In this document: one piece after another, positions 25,590-38,590 of the stretch
How positions within the stretch are numbered: position 1 is the first letter of the stretch
How the letters are laid out: every line of letters starts with the position of its first letter
Source: Laetmonice hystrix
Taxonomy: Eukaryota
Assembly (NCBI GenBank): GCA_965235115.1
Contig: OZ249437.1
Coordinates: forward strand, 19,654,001-19,718,000
Direction of reading: 5' to 3'
DNA: 64,000 nucleotides
The notes under the pieces: generated by a model
What the model was told of the DNA's origin: nothing
The model's database searches: none
What the model saw: the letters and a program-made list of their open reading frames with translations, nothing else
Translations under genes and position numbers: made by a program

Positions 25590-27613
25590 GGGTGGTAGCG
25601 TTTCTAATGACGTGCTGAATTCCATGTGAAATATCTTAGCGTACGTAAGCCAAACAATAAAGAAACAAATATATATACCCAAGAATTTTAACTAGATACT
25701 GCGGCAGTAATGTATACGTAACGAAGGCTTTTACTTTCCTGCGCTTCTGTACAAGATGTGAATGTAATTACGTTGTCAGTTAAGAGTATCATCTTCCGAC
25801 ATATACTCAGTGCCTCGAGGAGACTTTAAACGAGTTTCTTTCACCCAGAATCAGATAACTACATGTATGTGTATCGATTCTAACACAATTACGCGGTAAT
25901 TTTGTGTTAATAAACTACAGTGGGAGTTGTAATGACTGTGATGATTTGAATTATTGCCTCGAGTATGATTAAAGATGAGCCTTACTGACAGTGTGTGAAC
26001 ATAGTGACAGAACTGGGTCGGGAGAATTACTCTGCGCACACAATGTACACGGTCTGGCAGAAAGTGTTAAAGGTCCATTTCAAATAAACATCTTGTTCTT
26101 TATAGAGATGTAAGAACCAAAGGCTGGTCCCTGAAAATATACAAAGACGGACGGGCTTCTAGTGTCGACAATTTTTTTTATCTGGGTATTCTTGCTTACG
26201 ACTCTTTGAAAAGAGGTTGTCATTATAGAAGTCTTGAAGTAGGCCTGAGGCGTCAGACTTCTCCAAGACTTTCAGCTTATTGATACGAGGCTGTACGTGA
26301 TCAAGTATATCCCGAGACTAGTGTACCACTGAAAGACATCAACACAAGCAAGTTACATTTCTCTGACAACATTCTTGTAGCGAAAGTACGGAATAATTCC
26401 AGCCATCCACATTTTACTTTTGTGGGGCATTATGTACTATGGCCCAAAAGTACACACCAGCGCAAACTTGAGGCCTGTATGTGCAATGTACCATGACTCC
26501 GTGAACGGCCGCGTTAAGAATTAATGCAAAAAGCAGATGTGGAACCCTGGTACTTGTTGTCGTCCAATGAGTCAGCGGTCTACATTAAGAAACCAAGGTC
26601 TTCTCACCGAGTTTTAGATCCTGACACCAGTATGAATACTCACCCAATCACCCAAGCCAAACATATCTATAGAACTACTGATACATAAACGTTACTGTAT
26701 ACTTTCTGTATTACCGAGCCAGTTCATAACGTGGGCAGGTGAGCAGGTGATTTCTGATGTGCACGTTATGTTCAAGCTGATGCTCTGACCACTATAGCAC
26801 TTATTAATTGTTGAGCAGTGCACCAGAACAATGTAGACAATGACTCAGCCATCTTGTCATCGATATTGGCTACAACTGGCCATTCGGCTGGTGGATTTCG
26901 AAGTAATTTTCAGTGTTTGCCCCACTATAAACCTTATCGGATTGCTAACCATAAGTCGGAATTGTCTTGTTGAATGTCGACAAGCGTACAAAAATATCCA
27001 AGTCACTAAGATCTTATTATGCAGATACAACTCGCAGATAAACTATTTACTGTTGGGTGATACGACATTGGAATCTATCCCCAGTGGAGAAAGTGGTATT
27101 CATCGCCGAGACTCTAACACAACTTACAAGATGGTCCGTTTTGGCATCAGTTAAGGTCCCGATTGAGAGTCCTGGGTGTATTATTCGTGTGTAACATGTG
27201 AACATTTTGTGATTGGTGGTAGAATTGTCAGTTTCCGTGTGGATGTATCATGAGAGAAGTGACTGGAATGGTACTACACGATTGCTGCGAAAGTTCTAAT
27301 ATAATACGGCAGTATTTGGAAAGGTTCCAATAGAGGATGCTACAGCAATTACTGTACAACAATAGAACATCAATCACGCGGATCATATTGTTCAACTATC
27401 GACAATTTTACAGTGCTGACGTGGACGATAAACGTCACGTAGTCAGACACACGCAAGACTGACGCTGACATTGCCCAATAACCACGAGAGCTTACAAGGA
27501 GGTCGTGAATAATTCACAACCGCATATATCAGCCATCACCGTTCTCGTGAAACATGCATGCGATTGGAAAGAACTCAAGTGATGGTACAACAGGTTTCTG
27601 GGATTGTCTGTAG

Positions 27614-27689
27614 TCAACCAGGGAACTGAGCGGAATCCCACCGCGAGCTCGTGCCATCCACACTGAACCACTGGTTTCAATAAAAGTCG
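27614..27689 (+). CDS. Candidate coding exon (STRELSGIPPRARAIHTEPLVSIKV), phase 0 to 1, unknown protein
   Basis: TTGTCTGTAG| acceptor, G|GTAAGA donor, only one frame open; phase-compatible with the candidate at 28265. Confidence 0.3.
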
Positions 27690-27990
27690 GTAAGATAACT
27701 GACCGGAATCCCACCGCGAGCCCATACCATCCACACTGAACCACTGGTTTCAATAAAAGTCGGTAAGATAACTGAGCAGAATCCCACCGCGAGCTCGTGC
27801 CATCCACACTGAACCACTGGTTTCAATAAAAGTCGGTGAGATAACTGACCGGAATCCCACCGCGAGCTCGTGCCATCCACACTGAACCACTGGTTTCAAT
27901 AAAAGTCGGTGAGATAACTGACTGGAATCCCACCGCGAGCCCGTGCCATCCACACTGAACCACTGGTTTCAATAAAAGTCGGTGAGATAG
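27628..27990 (+). repeat. 73-bp minisatellite, about 5 copies, each ending in G|GT(A/G)AGATA
   Basis: Direct periodicity; ORF offsets differ by 73. Confidence 0.95.
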
Positions 27991-28264
27991 ACTACAAGGT
28001 CATCTTCAAATAGTAGCTGACCTTCAAGTACCTACACTCAGCTAACAGTCGGACTGACGAGAGACATGAGGTTAACGTACGGGTTGTAATAAATAAGACC
28101 AGCCCAACTGATTGGTCCAATTCTTGTTTAAACTAACCAATTATAGAAGCGCTAACCGTAAGCCTCAGCAAGATTTTGAGTTAACAAAAAAACTGGGCCC
28201 CGATGATGACTGTTCGTTCTGATAGCAATAATACCGTCCTATTTCAATTCTATCGTTGTCTCAG

Positions 28265-28312
28265 GCGCGGCACTGAAGGTCTTTCCCTTATCGATGAAAG
28301 AGTGTTTGGGAG
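28265..28312 (+). CDS. Candidate 48-nt phase 1-1 exon (GAALKVFPLSMKECLG), unknown protein
   Basis: TTCTATCGTTGTCTCAG| acceptor with pyrimidine tract and AG|GTTGGG donor; its 3' part is the first unit of the 45-bp array. Confidence 0.3.
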
Positions 28313-31300
28313 GTTGGGACCATGCCCCACCCGTATAGATGGAAGACTATTTGGGAGGTTGGGACCATGCCCCACCCGTATAGATGGAAGAGTGTTTGGG
28401 AGGTTGGGACCATGCCCCACCCGTATAGATGGAAGAGTGTTTGGGAGGTTGGGACCATGCCCCACCCGTATAGATGGAAGACTGTTTGGGAGGACCATGC
28501 CCCACCCGTATAGATGGAAGACTGTTTGGGAGGTTGGGACCATGCCCCACCCGTATAGATGGAAGACTGTTTGGGAGGTTGGGACCATGCCCCACCCGTA
28601 TAGATGGAAGACTGTTTGGGAGGTTGGGACCATGCCCCACCCGTATAGATGGAAGACTGTTTGAGAGGTTGGGACCATGCCCCACCCGTATAGATGGAAG
28701 ACTGTTTGGGAGGTTGGGACCATGCCCCACCCGTATATAGATGGAAGAGTGTTTGGGAGGTTGGGACCATGCCCCACCCGTATAGATGGAAGACTGTTTG
28801 AGAGGTTGGGACCATGCCCCACCCGTATAGATGGAAGACTGTTTGGGAGGTTGGGACCATGCCCCATAGATGGAAGACTGTTTGGGAGGTTGGGACCATG
28901 CCCCATAGATGGAAGACTGTTTGGGAGGTTGGGACCATGCCCCACCCGTATATAGATGGAAGAGTGTTTGGGAGGTTGGGACCATGCCCCACCCGTATAG
29001 ATGGAAGACTGTTTGAGAGGTTGGGACCATGCCCCACCCGTATAGATGGAAGAGTGTTTGGGAGGTTGGGACCATGCCCCACCCGTATAGATGGAAGAGT
29101 GTTTGGGAGGTTGGGACCATGCCCCACCCGTATAGATGGAAGACTGTTTGAGAGGTTGGGACCATGCCCCACCCGTATAGATGGAAGAGTGTTTGGGAGG
29201 TTGGGACCATGCCCCACCCGTATAGATGGAAGACTGTTTGGGAGGTTGGGACCATGCCCCACCCGTATAGATGGAAGAGTGTTTGGGAGGTTGGGACCAT
29301 GCCCCACCCGTATAGATGGAAGACTGTTTGGGAGGTTGGGACCATGCCCCACCCGTATAGATGGAAGAGTGTTTGAGAGGTTGGGACCATGCCCCACCCG
29401 TATAGATGGAAGACTGTTTGAGAGGTTGGGACCATGCCCCACCCGTATAGATGGAAGAGTGTTTGAGAGGTTGGGACCATGCCCCACCCGTATAGATGGA
29501 AGACTGTTTGGGAGGTTGGGACCATGCCCCACCTGTATAGATGGAAGACTGTTTGGGAGGTTGGGACCATGCCCCACCTGTATAGATGGAAGACTGTTTG
29601 GGAGGTTGGGACCATGCCCCACCCGTATAGATGGAAGACTGTTTGGGAGGTTGGGACCATGCCCCACCCGTATAGATGGAAGACTGTTTGGGAGGTTGGG
29701 ACCATGCCCCACCCGTATAGATGGAAGACTGTTTGGGAGGTTGGGACCATGCCCCACCCGTATATAGATGGAAGAGTGTTTGGGAGGTTGGGACCATGCC
29801 CCACCCGTATAGATGGAAGACTATTTGGGAGGTTGGGACCATGCCCCACCCGTATAGATGGAAGAGTGTTTGGGAGGTTGGGACCATGCCCCACCCGTAT
29901 AGATGGAAGAGTGTTTGGGAGGTTGGGACCATGCCCCACCCGTATAGATGGAAGACTGTTTGGGAGGACCATGCCCCACCCGTATAGATGGAAGACTGTT
30001 TGGGAGGTTGGGACCATGCCCCACCCGTATAGATGGAAGACTGTTTGGGAGGTTGGGACCATGCCCCACCCGTATAGATGGAAGACTGTTTGGGAGGTTG
30101 GGACCATGCCCCACCCGTATAGATGGAAGACTGTTTGAGAGGTTGGGACCATGCCCCACCCGTATAGATGGAAGACTGTTTGGGAGGTTGGGACCATGCC
30201 CCACCCGTATATAGATGGAAGAGTGTTTGGGAGGTTGGGACCATGCCCCACCCGTATAGATGGAAGACTGTTTGAGAGGTTGGGACCATGCCCCACCCGT
30301 ATAGATGGAAGACTGTTTGGGAGGTTGGGACCATGCCCCATAGATGGAAGACTCTTTGGGAGGTTGGGACCATGCCCCATAGATGGAAGACTGTTTGGGA
30401 GGTTGGGACCATGCCCCACCCGTATATAGATGGAAGAGTGTTTGGGAGGTTGGGACCATGCCCCACCCGTATAGATGGAAGACTGTTTGAGAGGTTGGGA
30501 CCATGCCCCACCCGTATAGATGGAAGAGTGTTTGGGAGGTTGGGACCATGCCCCACCCGTATAGATGGAAGAGTGTTTGGGAGGTTGGGACCATGCCCCA
30601 CCCGTATAGATGGAAGACTGTTTGAGAGGTTGGGACCATGCCCCACCCGTATAGATGGAAGAGTGTTTGGGAGGTTGGGACCATGCCCCACCCGTATAGA
30701 TGGAAGACTGTTTGGGAGGTTGGGACCATGCCCCACCCGTATAGATGGAAGAGTGTTTGGGAGGTTGGGACCATGCCCCACCCGTATAGATGGAAGACTG
30801 TTTGGGAGGTTGGGACCATGCCCCACCCGTATAGATGGAAGAGTGTTTGAGAGGTTGGGACCATGCCCCACCCGTATAGATGGAAGACTGTTTGAGAGGT
30901 TGGGACCATGCCCCACCCGTATAGATGGAAGAGTGTTTGAGAGGTTGGGACCATGCCCCACCCGTATAGATGGAAGACTGTTTGGGAGGTTGGGACCATG
31001 CCCCACCTGTATAGATGGAAGACTGTTTGGGAGGTTGGGACCATGCCCCACCTGTATAGATGGAAGACTGTTTGGGAGGTTGGGACCATGCCCCACCCGT
31101 ATAGGTGGAAGACTGTTTGGGAGGTTGGGACCATGCCCCACCCGTATAGATGGAAGACTGTTTGGGAGGTTGGGACCATGCCCCACCTGTATAGATGGAA
31201 GACTGTTTGAGAGGTTGGGACCATGCCCCACCCGTATATAGATGGAAGACTGTTTGAGAGGTTGGGACCATGCCCCACCCGTATAGATGGAAGACTGTTT

Positions 31301-31658
31301 GGGAGGTTGAGACCATGCCCCACCCGTATAGATGGAAGACTGTTTGAGAGGTTGGGACCATGCCCCACCCGTATGGAGGGAAGACTGTTTGGGAGGTTGG
31401 GACCATGCCCCACCCGTATAGATAGACGACTGTTTGAGAGGTTGGGACCATGCCCGACCCGTATAGATGGAAGACTGTTTGAGAGGTTGGGACCATGCCC
31501 CACCCGTATAGATGGAAGACTGTTTGGGAGGTTGGGACCATGCCCCACCTGTATAGATGGAAGACTGTTTGAGAGGTTGGGACCATGCCCCACCCGTATA
31601 GATGGAAGACTGCTTGGGAGGTTGGGAGACTGTTTGGGAGGTTGGGACCATGCCCCAC
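28286..31658 (+). repeat. 45-bp minisatellite (ATAGATGGAAGA(C/G)TGTTTGGGAGGTTGGGACCATGCCCCACCCGT), about 75 copies, containing a 1474-bp higher-order duplication
   Basis: Direct periodicity; rare unit variants recur at an offset of 1474. Confidence 0.98.
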
Positions 31659-31667
31659 CTAACTCAG

Positions 31668-31729
31668 CATACAATGACGGAGTCGGACTGTCGTTGGAGT
31701 CTGGTATTCAATCACTTAGACTGAGATGG
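31668..31729 (+). CDS. Candidate exon (AYNDGVGLSLESG...), unknown protein; donor uncertain (31704 or 31730)
   Basis: CCTAACTCAG| acceptor; in frame with the candidate at 28265. Confidence 0.22.
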
Positions 31730-32654
31730 GTACCGATACGGCAGTAATGAGGATAGGAACAATCGGCTCCTAGAATTAAGAGTGGGAAATGGAGATGGGG
31801 GTTGGTTTAAAGAATTATTTGTACGATTGGTGGAAGCACAGTCCCTTTATATGGTATTCTTGCGGACCACATGGAAAAGGAAACACTGGAAACGTGTTTT
31901 ATTGAATGGATAATATCCGACTGTCATAAAGATTATAAACCCATGTTTCTGTCGTGTGATGAGTCGTGATGTGAGTCCGCCCCACATAAATGTAAAATCA
32001 GACACCAACTCTCATTGATAAACTATCCCTCTTTGGCTGGCAGCACATTTTACACACACGAACAAAGTTATAAAGATACCAAATAATTTCGTGCGTCAGA
32101 ATCTCAGTGCTGCTTCAGAGACAAAGAGTAGTAATAAGTTGTCAATGACATGGAGCGGTGATTAGTTCCAGCAGCCCGCCGTCGGTCAATGAGTGCGTGG
32201 GGTGTCGACCAGGAACCACTCCGTGCTGGCAGTACTCGGATCGCCACTCTCCGGGTTTGGTAATCGGAAGATAAAGACTGTGGGAACAAAAACACTGGTC
32301 TCCAGCTGCTGACAGACCGACAGGTCGGCCGACAGGTGGGTCGGTGGGTCGGTGGACAGGCCTTATCGATAACCCCCTGCGAGTACTGCATCATTTCGTA
32401 CAACATACCTGTAATTTATTGGGTTAAATGGCTCGTGTGAAAACTCCTTCTTCATCAGGTAGTAAGATTGTGCGAGGGGAGGAGGGCAGTGTTATCAGGA
32501 CAAACAGGGAGCTGCTCACTTAATGTTAATATTGCATTTCACAGTGTAATATCGCGCTCATTTAGGGTGTTGGTCAATTTTACAGGAGTACATCATGTAG
32601 TGTCCACTCGAACATTATGAGCTTCCATATATCATCAAATGGAAATGTTGTTAC

Positions 32655-34947
32655 ATCTGTCAGTAATGAGGTTATAGTGGTCCCTCATTTACTGATGACT
32701 ACCCGATCCTATATGATGTCAGTACTGAGGTTATAGTGGTCCATCATTTACTGATGACTACCCGATCCTAGTACTGAGGTTATAGTGGTCCATCATTTAC
32801 TGATGACTACCCGATCCTGTATGATGTCAGTACTGAGGTTATAGTGGTCCATCATTTACTGATGACTACCCGATCCTATATGATGTCAGTACGGAGGTTA
32901 TAGTGGTCCATCATTTAGTGATGACTACCCGATCCTGTATGATGTCAGTACTGAGGTTATAGTGGTCCATCATTTAGTGATGACTACCCGAATCTATATG
33001 ATGTCAGTACGGAGGTTATAGTGGTCCATCATTTACTGATGACTACCCGATCCTATATGATGTCAGTACTGAGGTTATAGTGGTCCATCATTTAGTGATG
33101 ACTACCCGATCCTATATGATGTCAGTACTGAGGTTATAGTGGTCCATCATTTAGTGATGACTACCCGATCCTATATGATGTCAGTACTGAGGTTATAGTG
33201 GTCCATCATTTAGTGATGACTACCCGATCCTATATGATGTCAGTACTGAGGTTATAGTGGTCCATCATTTACTGATGACTACCCGATCCTATATGATGTC
33301 AGTACTGAGGTTATAGTGGTCCATCATTTAGTGATGACTACCCGATCCTATATGATGTCAGTACGGAGGTTATAGTGGTCCATCATTTACTGATGACTAC
33401 CCGATCCTGTAAGATGTCAGTACTGAGGTTATAGTGGTCCATCATTTACTGATGACTACCCGATCCTATATGATGTCAGTACTGAGGTTATAGTGGTCCA
33501 TCATTTAGTGATGACTACCCGATCCTATATGATGTCAGTGCGGAGGTTATAGTGGTCCATCATTTAGTGATGACTACCCGATCCTATATGATGTCAGTAC
33601 GGAGGTTATAGTGGTCCATCATTTACTGATGACTATCCGATCCTGTATGATGTCAGTACTGAGGTTATAGTGGTCCATCATTTAGTGAGAACTACCCGAT
33701 CCTATATGATGTCAGTACTGAGGTTATAGTGGTCCATCATTTACTGATGACTACCCGATCCTGTATGATGTCAGTACTGAGGTTATAGTGGTCCATCATT
33801 TACTGATGACTACCCGATCCTGTATGATGTCAGTACGGAGGTTATAGTGGTCCATCATTTAGTGAGAACTACCCGATCCTATATGATGTCAGTACTGAGG
33901 TTATAGTGGTCCATCATTTAGTGAGAACTACCCGATCCTGTATGATGTCAGTACTGAGGTTATAGTGGTCCATCATTTACTGATGACTACCCGATCCTAT
34001 ATGATGTCAGTACGGAGGTTATAGTGGTCCATCATTTAGTGATGACTACCCGATCCTATATGATGTCAGTACTGAGGTTATAGTGGTCCATCATTTACTG
34101 ATGACTACCCGATCCTATATGATGTCAGTACTGAGGTTATAGTGGTCCATCATTTAGTGATGACTACCCGATCCTGTATGATGTCAGTACGGAGGTTATA
34201 GTGGTCCATCATTTACTGATGACTACCCGATCCTATATGATGTCAGTACTGAGGTTATAGTGGTCCATCATTTAGTGATGACTACCCGATCCTATATGAT
34301 GTCAGTACTGAGGTTATAGTGGTCCATCATTTAGTGAGAACTACCCGATCCTATATGATGTCAGTACTGAGGTTATAGTGGTCCATCATTTAGTGATGAC
34401 TACCCGATCCTATATGATGTCAGTACTGAGGTTATAGTGGTCCATCATTTAGTGATGACTACCCGATCCTATATGATGTCAGTACTGAGGTTATAGTGGT
34501 CCATCATTTAGTGATGACTACCCGATCCTATATGATGTCAGTACGGAGGTTATAGTGGTCCATCATTTAGTGAGAACTACCCGATCCTATATGATGTCAG
34601 TACTGAGGTTATAGTGGTCCATCATTTAGTGAGAACTACCCGATCCTATATGATGTCAATACTGAGGTTATAGTGGTCCATCATTTAGTGATGACTACCC
34701 GATCCTATATGATGTCAGTACTGAGGTTATAGTGGTCCATCATTTAGTGATGACTACCCGATCCTATATGATGTCAGTACTGAGGTTATAGTGGTCCATC
34801 ATTTAGTGATGACTACCCGATCCTATATGATGTCAGTACTGAGGTTATAGTGGTCCATCATTTAGTGATGACTACCCGATCCTATATGATGTCAGTACTG
34901 AGGTTATAGTGGTCCATCATTTAGTGATGACTACCCGATCCTATATG
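32655..34947 (+). repeat. 59-bp minisatellite (GATGTCAGTACTGAGGTTATAGTGGTCCATCATTTA(C/G)TGATGACTACCCGATCCTATAT), about 39 copies
   Basis: Direct periodicity (1-nt shift per 60-nt line). Confidence 0.97.
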
Positions 34948-36138
34948 AGCGTTTCGTAAAACTGGTCGAACCAAGTTCAAAATTGAACAATCCTGGCAGT
35001 TACCCATGGCGAACAAGTCTGGTATCGACCTGGGTTGTAATGCAGTTGTAATCTTCTTATTTCAAAATCTTACATTATAGCAGTCTGATGGGTGTGCGTG
35101 ACAGTAGGGGTGGCTGGTAAAGTGTTGGCTGGTAGGGGATTGGCTGGTGGGGTGATTGTAGTTCAGGATGCACTGGATGACCTTAGATCACCTGCTGTGG
35201 ATACAACATCTGAGTGGTTTTGGTTTTGCCGGAACCTCAAAGATCCCTTTTTTCAGAAACATATCCAACTCAATAAGGGCAGGTTTTGTGACATTATCAC
35301 AGATTAGAAGAGGATAGTTGGGATCACGTGCACACCTGTCAGTAGTAGTCAGACGTGTCTGCCGTATTTTATACGCAAATAAAATAAAATTATTGATTTG
35401 CCTTGCCGGTACGAGACATCTTGTGCATGGAATGTGTATTTTGTGATACTGAACAACTATTTAAAGAAAAGCAGCATCAAATATCTAGCGAGATCTCCAG
35501 AATCTTCAAAAATACCAGATTTAATTCGGTGCAGAATTTCAGGCGAATTGTAGGAAATGTTACGCAGCTCTTGGACCGAATGAGGCCGTTTGAAAGTGGT
35601 ACGCTATGGTAGGATTAACGACTTGGCCTACGGCTTATTCCAGTGATTGATCCAAGTAAAACACCATCGGAAGCATTGACAAAATCTAGATCTGAATGTG
35701 ATATTTTTAGTACGACTCTGGGTGGATGAGGATTTCATTGACTTTGGCGGAGTTTTGGCGCTGAGATAAAGTATGGATTAGATATCGTAAAGGAGATGGT
35801 ATTATTAATGTGACTGCCGAAGACTGATTTATTGTGAGATAAAACTACTGGAGAGAATCCAAGACTTGACAAACCGTACCTCTCGTATTCCCCGCTAAGT
35901 GGCCTTTACCTGGTAGTTCCCATATTGAATATGCTATGTTATACCTGGGTTACGTTTTCAACTTTGTATTTCTATGGATATGGAGTGAAATATTCACTAC
36001 CCTTTGAAAGGGGTTTGCAGACGTTAGTACCCCATGGTAGTACTCACACGGAAAGGGGTAGGGTTAAGGACAAGGGACAGTGCTAGCAATAGCGGTAGGT
36101 TTTTATGGGAGGTCTAGGGACCGATGTTAGGAGTTAGG

Positions 36139-38590
36139 TACCCGGAGACTTCGGCCCCGTGGAGGTTTCGGCCCGGCCACTTTCGAGAGGTTTCGGCCCG
36201 TCGGAGGTTTCGGCCCAGGTGCTAACAAGAGGTTTCGGCCTCAGGAGGTTTCGGCCCTGCGGAGATTTCGGCCTTGGGATAATTCGGCCGTGAGAGATTT
36301 CGGCCTGTGTGTATTTTAGCCTGTGAATTTGTGATTAAAGATGAAGGTGAAATAGAATCGCCTGAAGTCAGTTCATGTTGTATGCCAAACCTGTTATCTA
36401 CCCCTAATGTTTTCTTTGGGCGGGTGATGTCAAACATGTAAGAATAAAAGTTGCGATTATATTATACTTAAATGCTCAGCTACCAAATTAACTTGTTAAA
36501 GTCTAATTATTGGGACACAGTTGGTCACATGTATGATGATTTAGTTCGGGACATGCATGACCTTTGACCCTGTCAATCAAAGGTCAGGTAGACCGCTTGT
36601 CGCTTACTGGCACGTGTTAGTAATGGTTTCGGTCAGTGACTGGCGGGCATTGTTTTAACAGGTGCATGCCTGCACGCTGGTGGCAGCATCAAAGGCAAAG
36701 ACGAGTGTCATAATCTTAACTTGCAACCACGGAAATTCACATGTAGGCACATGTGAAGTTCTACTGAGCGATAAAAATATGTAGGCCTACCGGCATATCT
36801 TTGGCTAACTGCTGGAGCCCATTTTAATTTATTCCTTCATCCATTACTTCCAAAACTTGTACACAATGTATTTATGTAATATCTCAAAACACAGCTCTAA
36901 TAAATAATTATTTTTCACAAATATTTGTTTCAGAGAAAAAGAATAAAAAGAATATAAGAACATGAATTGGAATCATGGCTGATTCAGAGAGTGCTCTAGC
37001 GGCAAACTTTGAGATTTCGTGGGCTTAGAGCAGATTCGGGGAAGCACCCCTAAACAGACTCCACAATTTGCGTAGCACTACTACAACAGTTGCGTAAAGG
37101 CGGTAAAGGGATTTGTTTAGTTTAAATTGGTAAAATGAAGAGGACACTCTTAATTTTGTATTTCTATACATTTAAAAGACTATATGATACTCAAGTTATT
37201 TTTAAATATGGTTGCAAAAATGTGCACAGTTTTTATGTCAGACGCACAGATCCTCAAGCACTGCATAAGATTTATCTATTCATTCATTGCATGTATCGGG
37301 TGGATAAAAAAAACGCCCCGAACTTCAAACTTTAATATTTCAAAAACGGTACATTATAATTCAATAAAATTTCTCTTAGTATAACTTCATGATATTATCT
37401 CTTGTATGTTAAAGTTTCAGCTCAATAGCTTTGATATTAATCCTGTGGCGCTAAAAACAAAAATCATTGTCTAAAAGCGCAATGCCGGAATTAGGTCAAA
37501 TATCATGCAGCTGCCAGGTGTCCAATTTGACACCTGTTTGATGCACCGCATTGTACCTTGGGTAAAAAAGTTTTCAATATTTAGTTTTTTCATGTTTTAC
37601 AATATGTATAATATTGTGAACCACTAGATATAATAAATTATGTGCTATTCCTAGTACTTCTAGAGAAACCCAGATGTTTAATTTGCCAAACCCTACAGAG
37701 AAACTGCAACATTAGGACGATATGACTGTAACTAGAAGTTTAAGGGAAATCGTATCATTATCACGTTTAGCAACACGTTCAGAACGCTGTTTATTTCCCA
37801 ATAATGGGAAGATAATTCCCTATCAGAGACCAGGAAGTGCATTGGCTCATGGAAAAAGAGACTGAGAGCAGTATGAAGTGAAAACGGGGGACCGATTGAC
37901 CACCTACTCTAGTGTGAGGCCAGGGACTCTGGTGCGACTACCACTTGCTTTAGCCCGGCATTGCGCTTTTGTACAATGATTTTTGTTTTTAGCGCTACGG
38001 AAATATTATCCAAGCTATTGAGTTGTAACATTAACAACTAAGACACAACATCATGAAGAGATAGTAAGAAAAATTTCATTGAATTACAGCCATTACTTTT
38101 TGACATATTGAAGTTTAAAGTTCGGGGCGTTTTTTTTATCCACCCGATATATACCTGTAGTGAAGGCCCAAACACAACTGCTGGCAACATCTGAAATAAT
38201 ATTTATGCAGAGTTTACAGACGGTGGTTTAATGAGATACAGAGCCGTTGAGAGTGTAACCCCTTGTCAGCTGACTGATCTCTTTAAACCACATGCCATCC
38301 CAGACCACATTACCGCAGGCACACAGTGTATAACATAACGAAGTAGACTGAATGTGTATATCCCACAAGGGCGGGGCTTCCCATCTTTTGCCAAATTTAT
38401 TCTGACGTCCCAATCTTTAGGTTTCCATGGGCCTCCTCTGGGCCAAAATCTCCTGAGGCCGAACCCTCCCCTGGGCCGAAATCTCCTGAGGCCGAAACCT
38501 CCTCTGGGCCGAAATCTCCTGAGGCCGAAACCTCCGCTGGGCCGAAACCTCCGCTGGGCCGAAACCTCCGTGAGGCCGAACTCTCTCGTA
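36139..38590. mobile_element. Putative non-autonomous foldback-like DNA element with inverted arrays of GGAG(G/A)TTTCGGCC at both ends
   Basis: About 9 GGAGGTTTCGGCC-type motifs at 36141-36306 and about 8 reverse-complement GGCCGAAACCTCC motifs at 38441-38588; TA next to both outer ends; no transposase. Confidence 0.65.
37296..38147. mobile_element. Tc1/mariner-type MITE, 852 bp, about 193-bp imperfect TIRs, TA target-site duplication
   Basis: TA|TCGGGTGGATAAAAAAAACGCCCCGAAC ... GTTCGGGGCGTTTTTTTTATCCACCCGA|TA. Inverted similarity extends over 37296-37488 and 37955-38147. TA duplication is the established Tc1/mariner signature. Confidence 0.85.

Noticed and set aside
26105-26200. DVRTKGWSLKIYK resembling the TRGHSLKL tail of CR1/L2 LINE reverse transcriptases
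   Set aside because: The similarity is short and weak, and no upstream reverse transcriptase motifs are visible.
28250-31674. Very long ORFs (1133, 1103, 617 and 489 aa) on the minus strand
   Set aside because: They are translations of a 45-bp repeat lacking stops on that strand. The peptide switches among all three frames at indels, so there is no sign of coding constraint.
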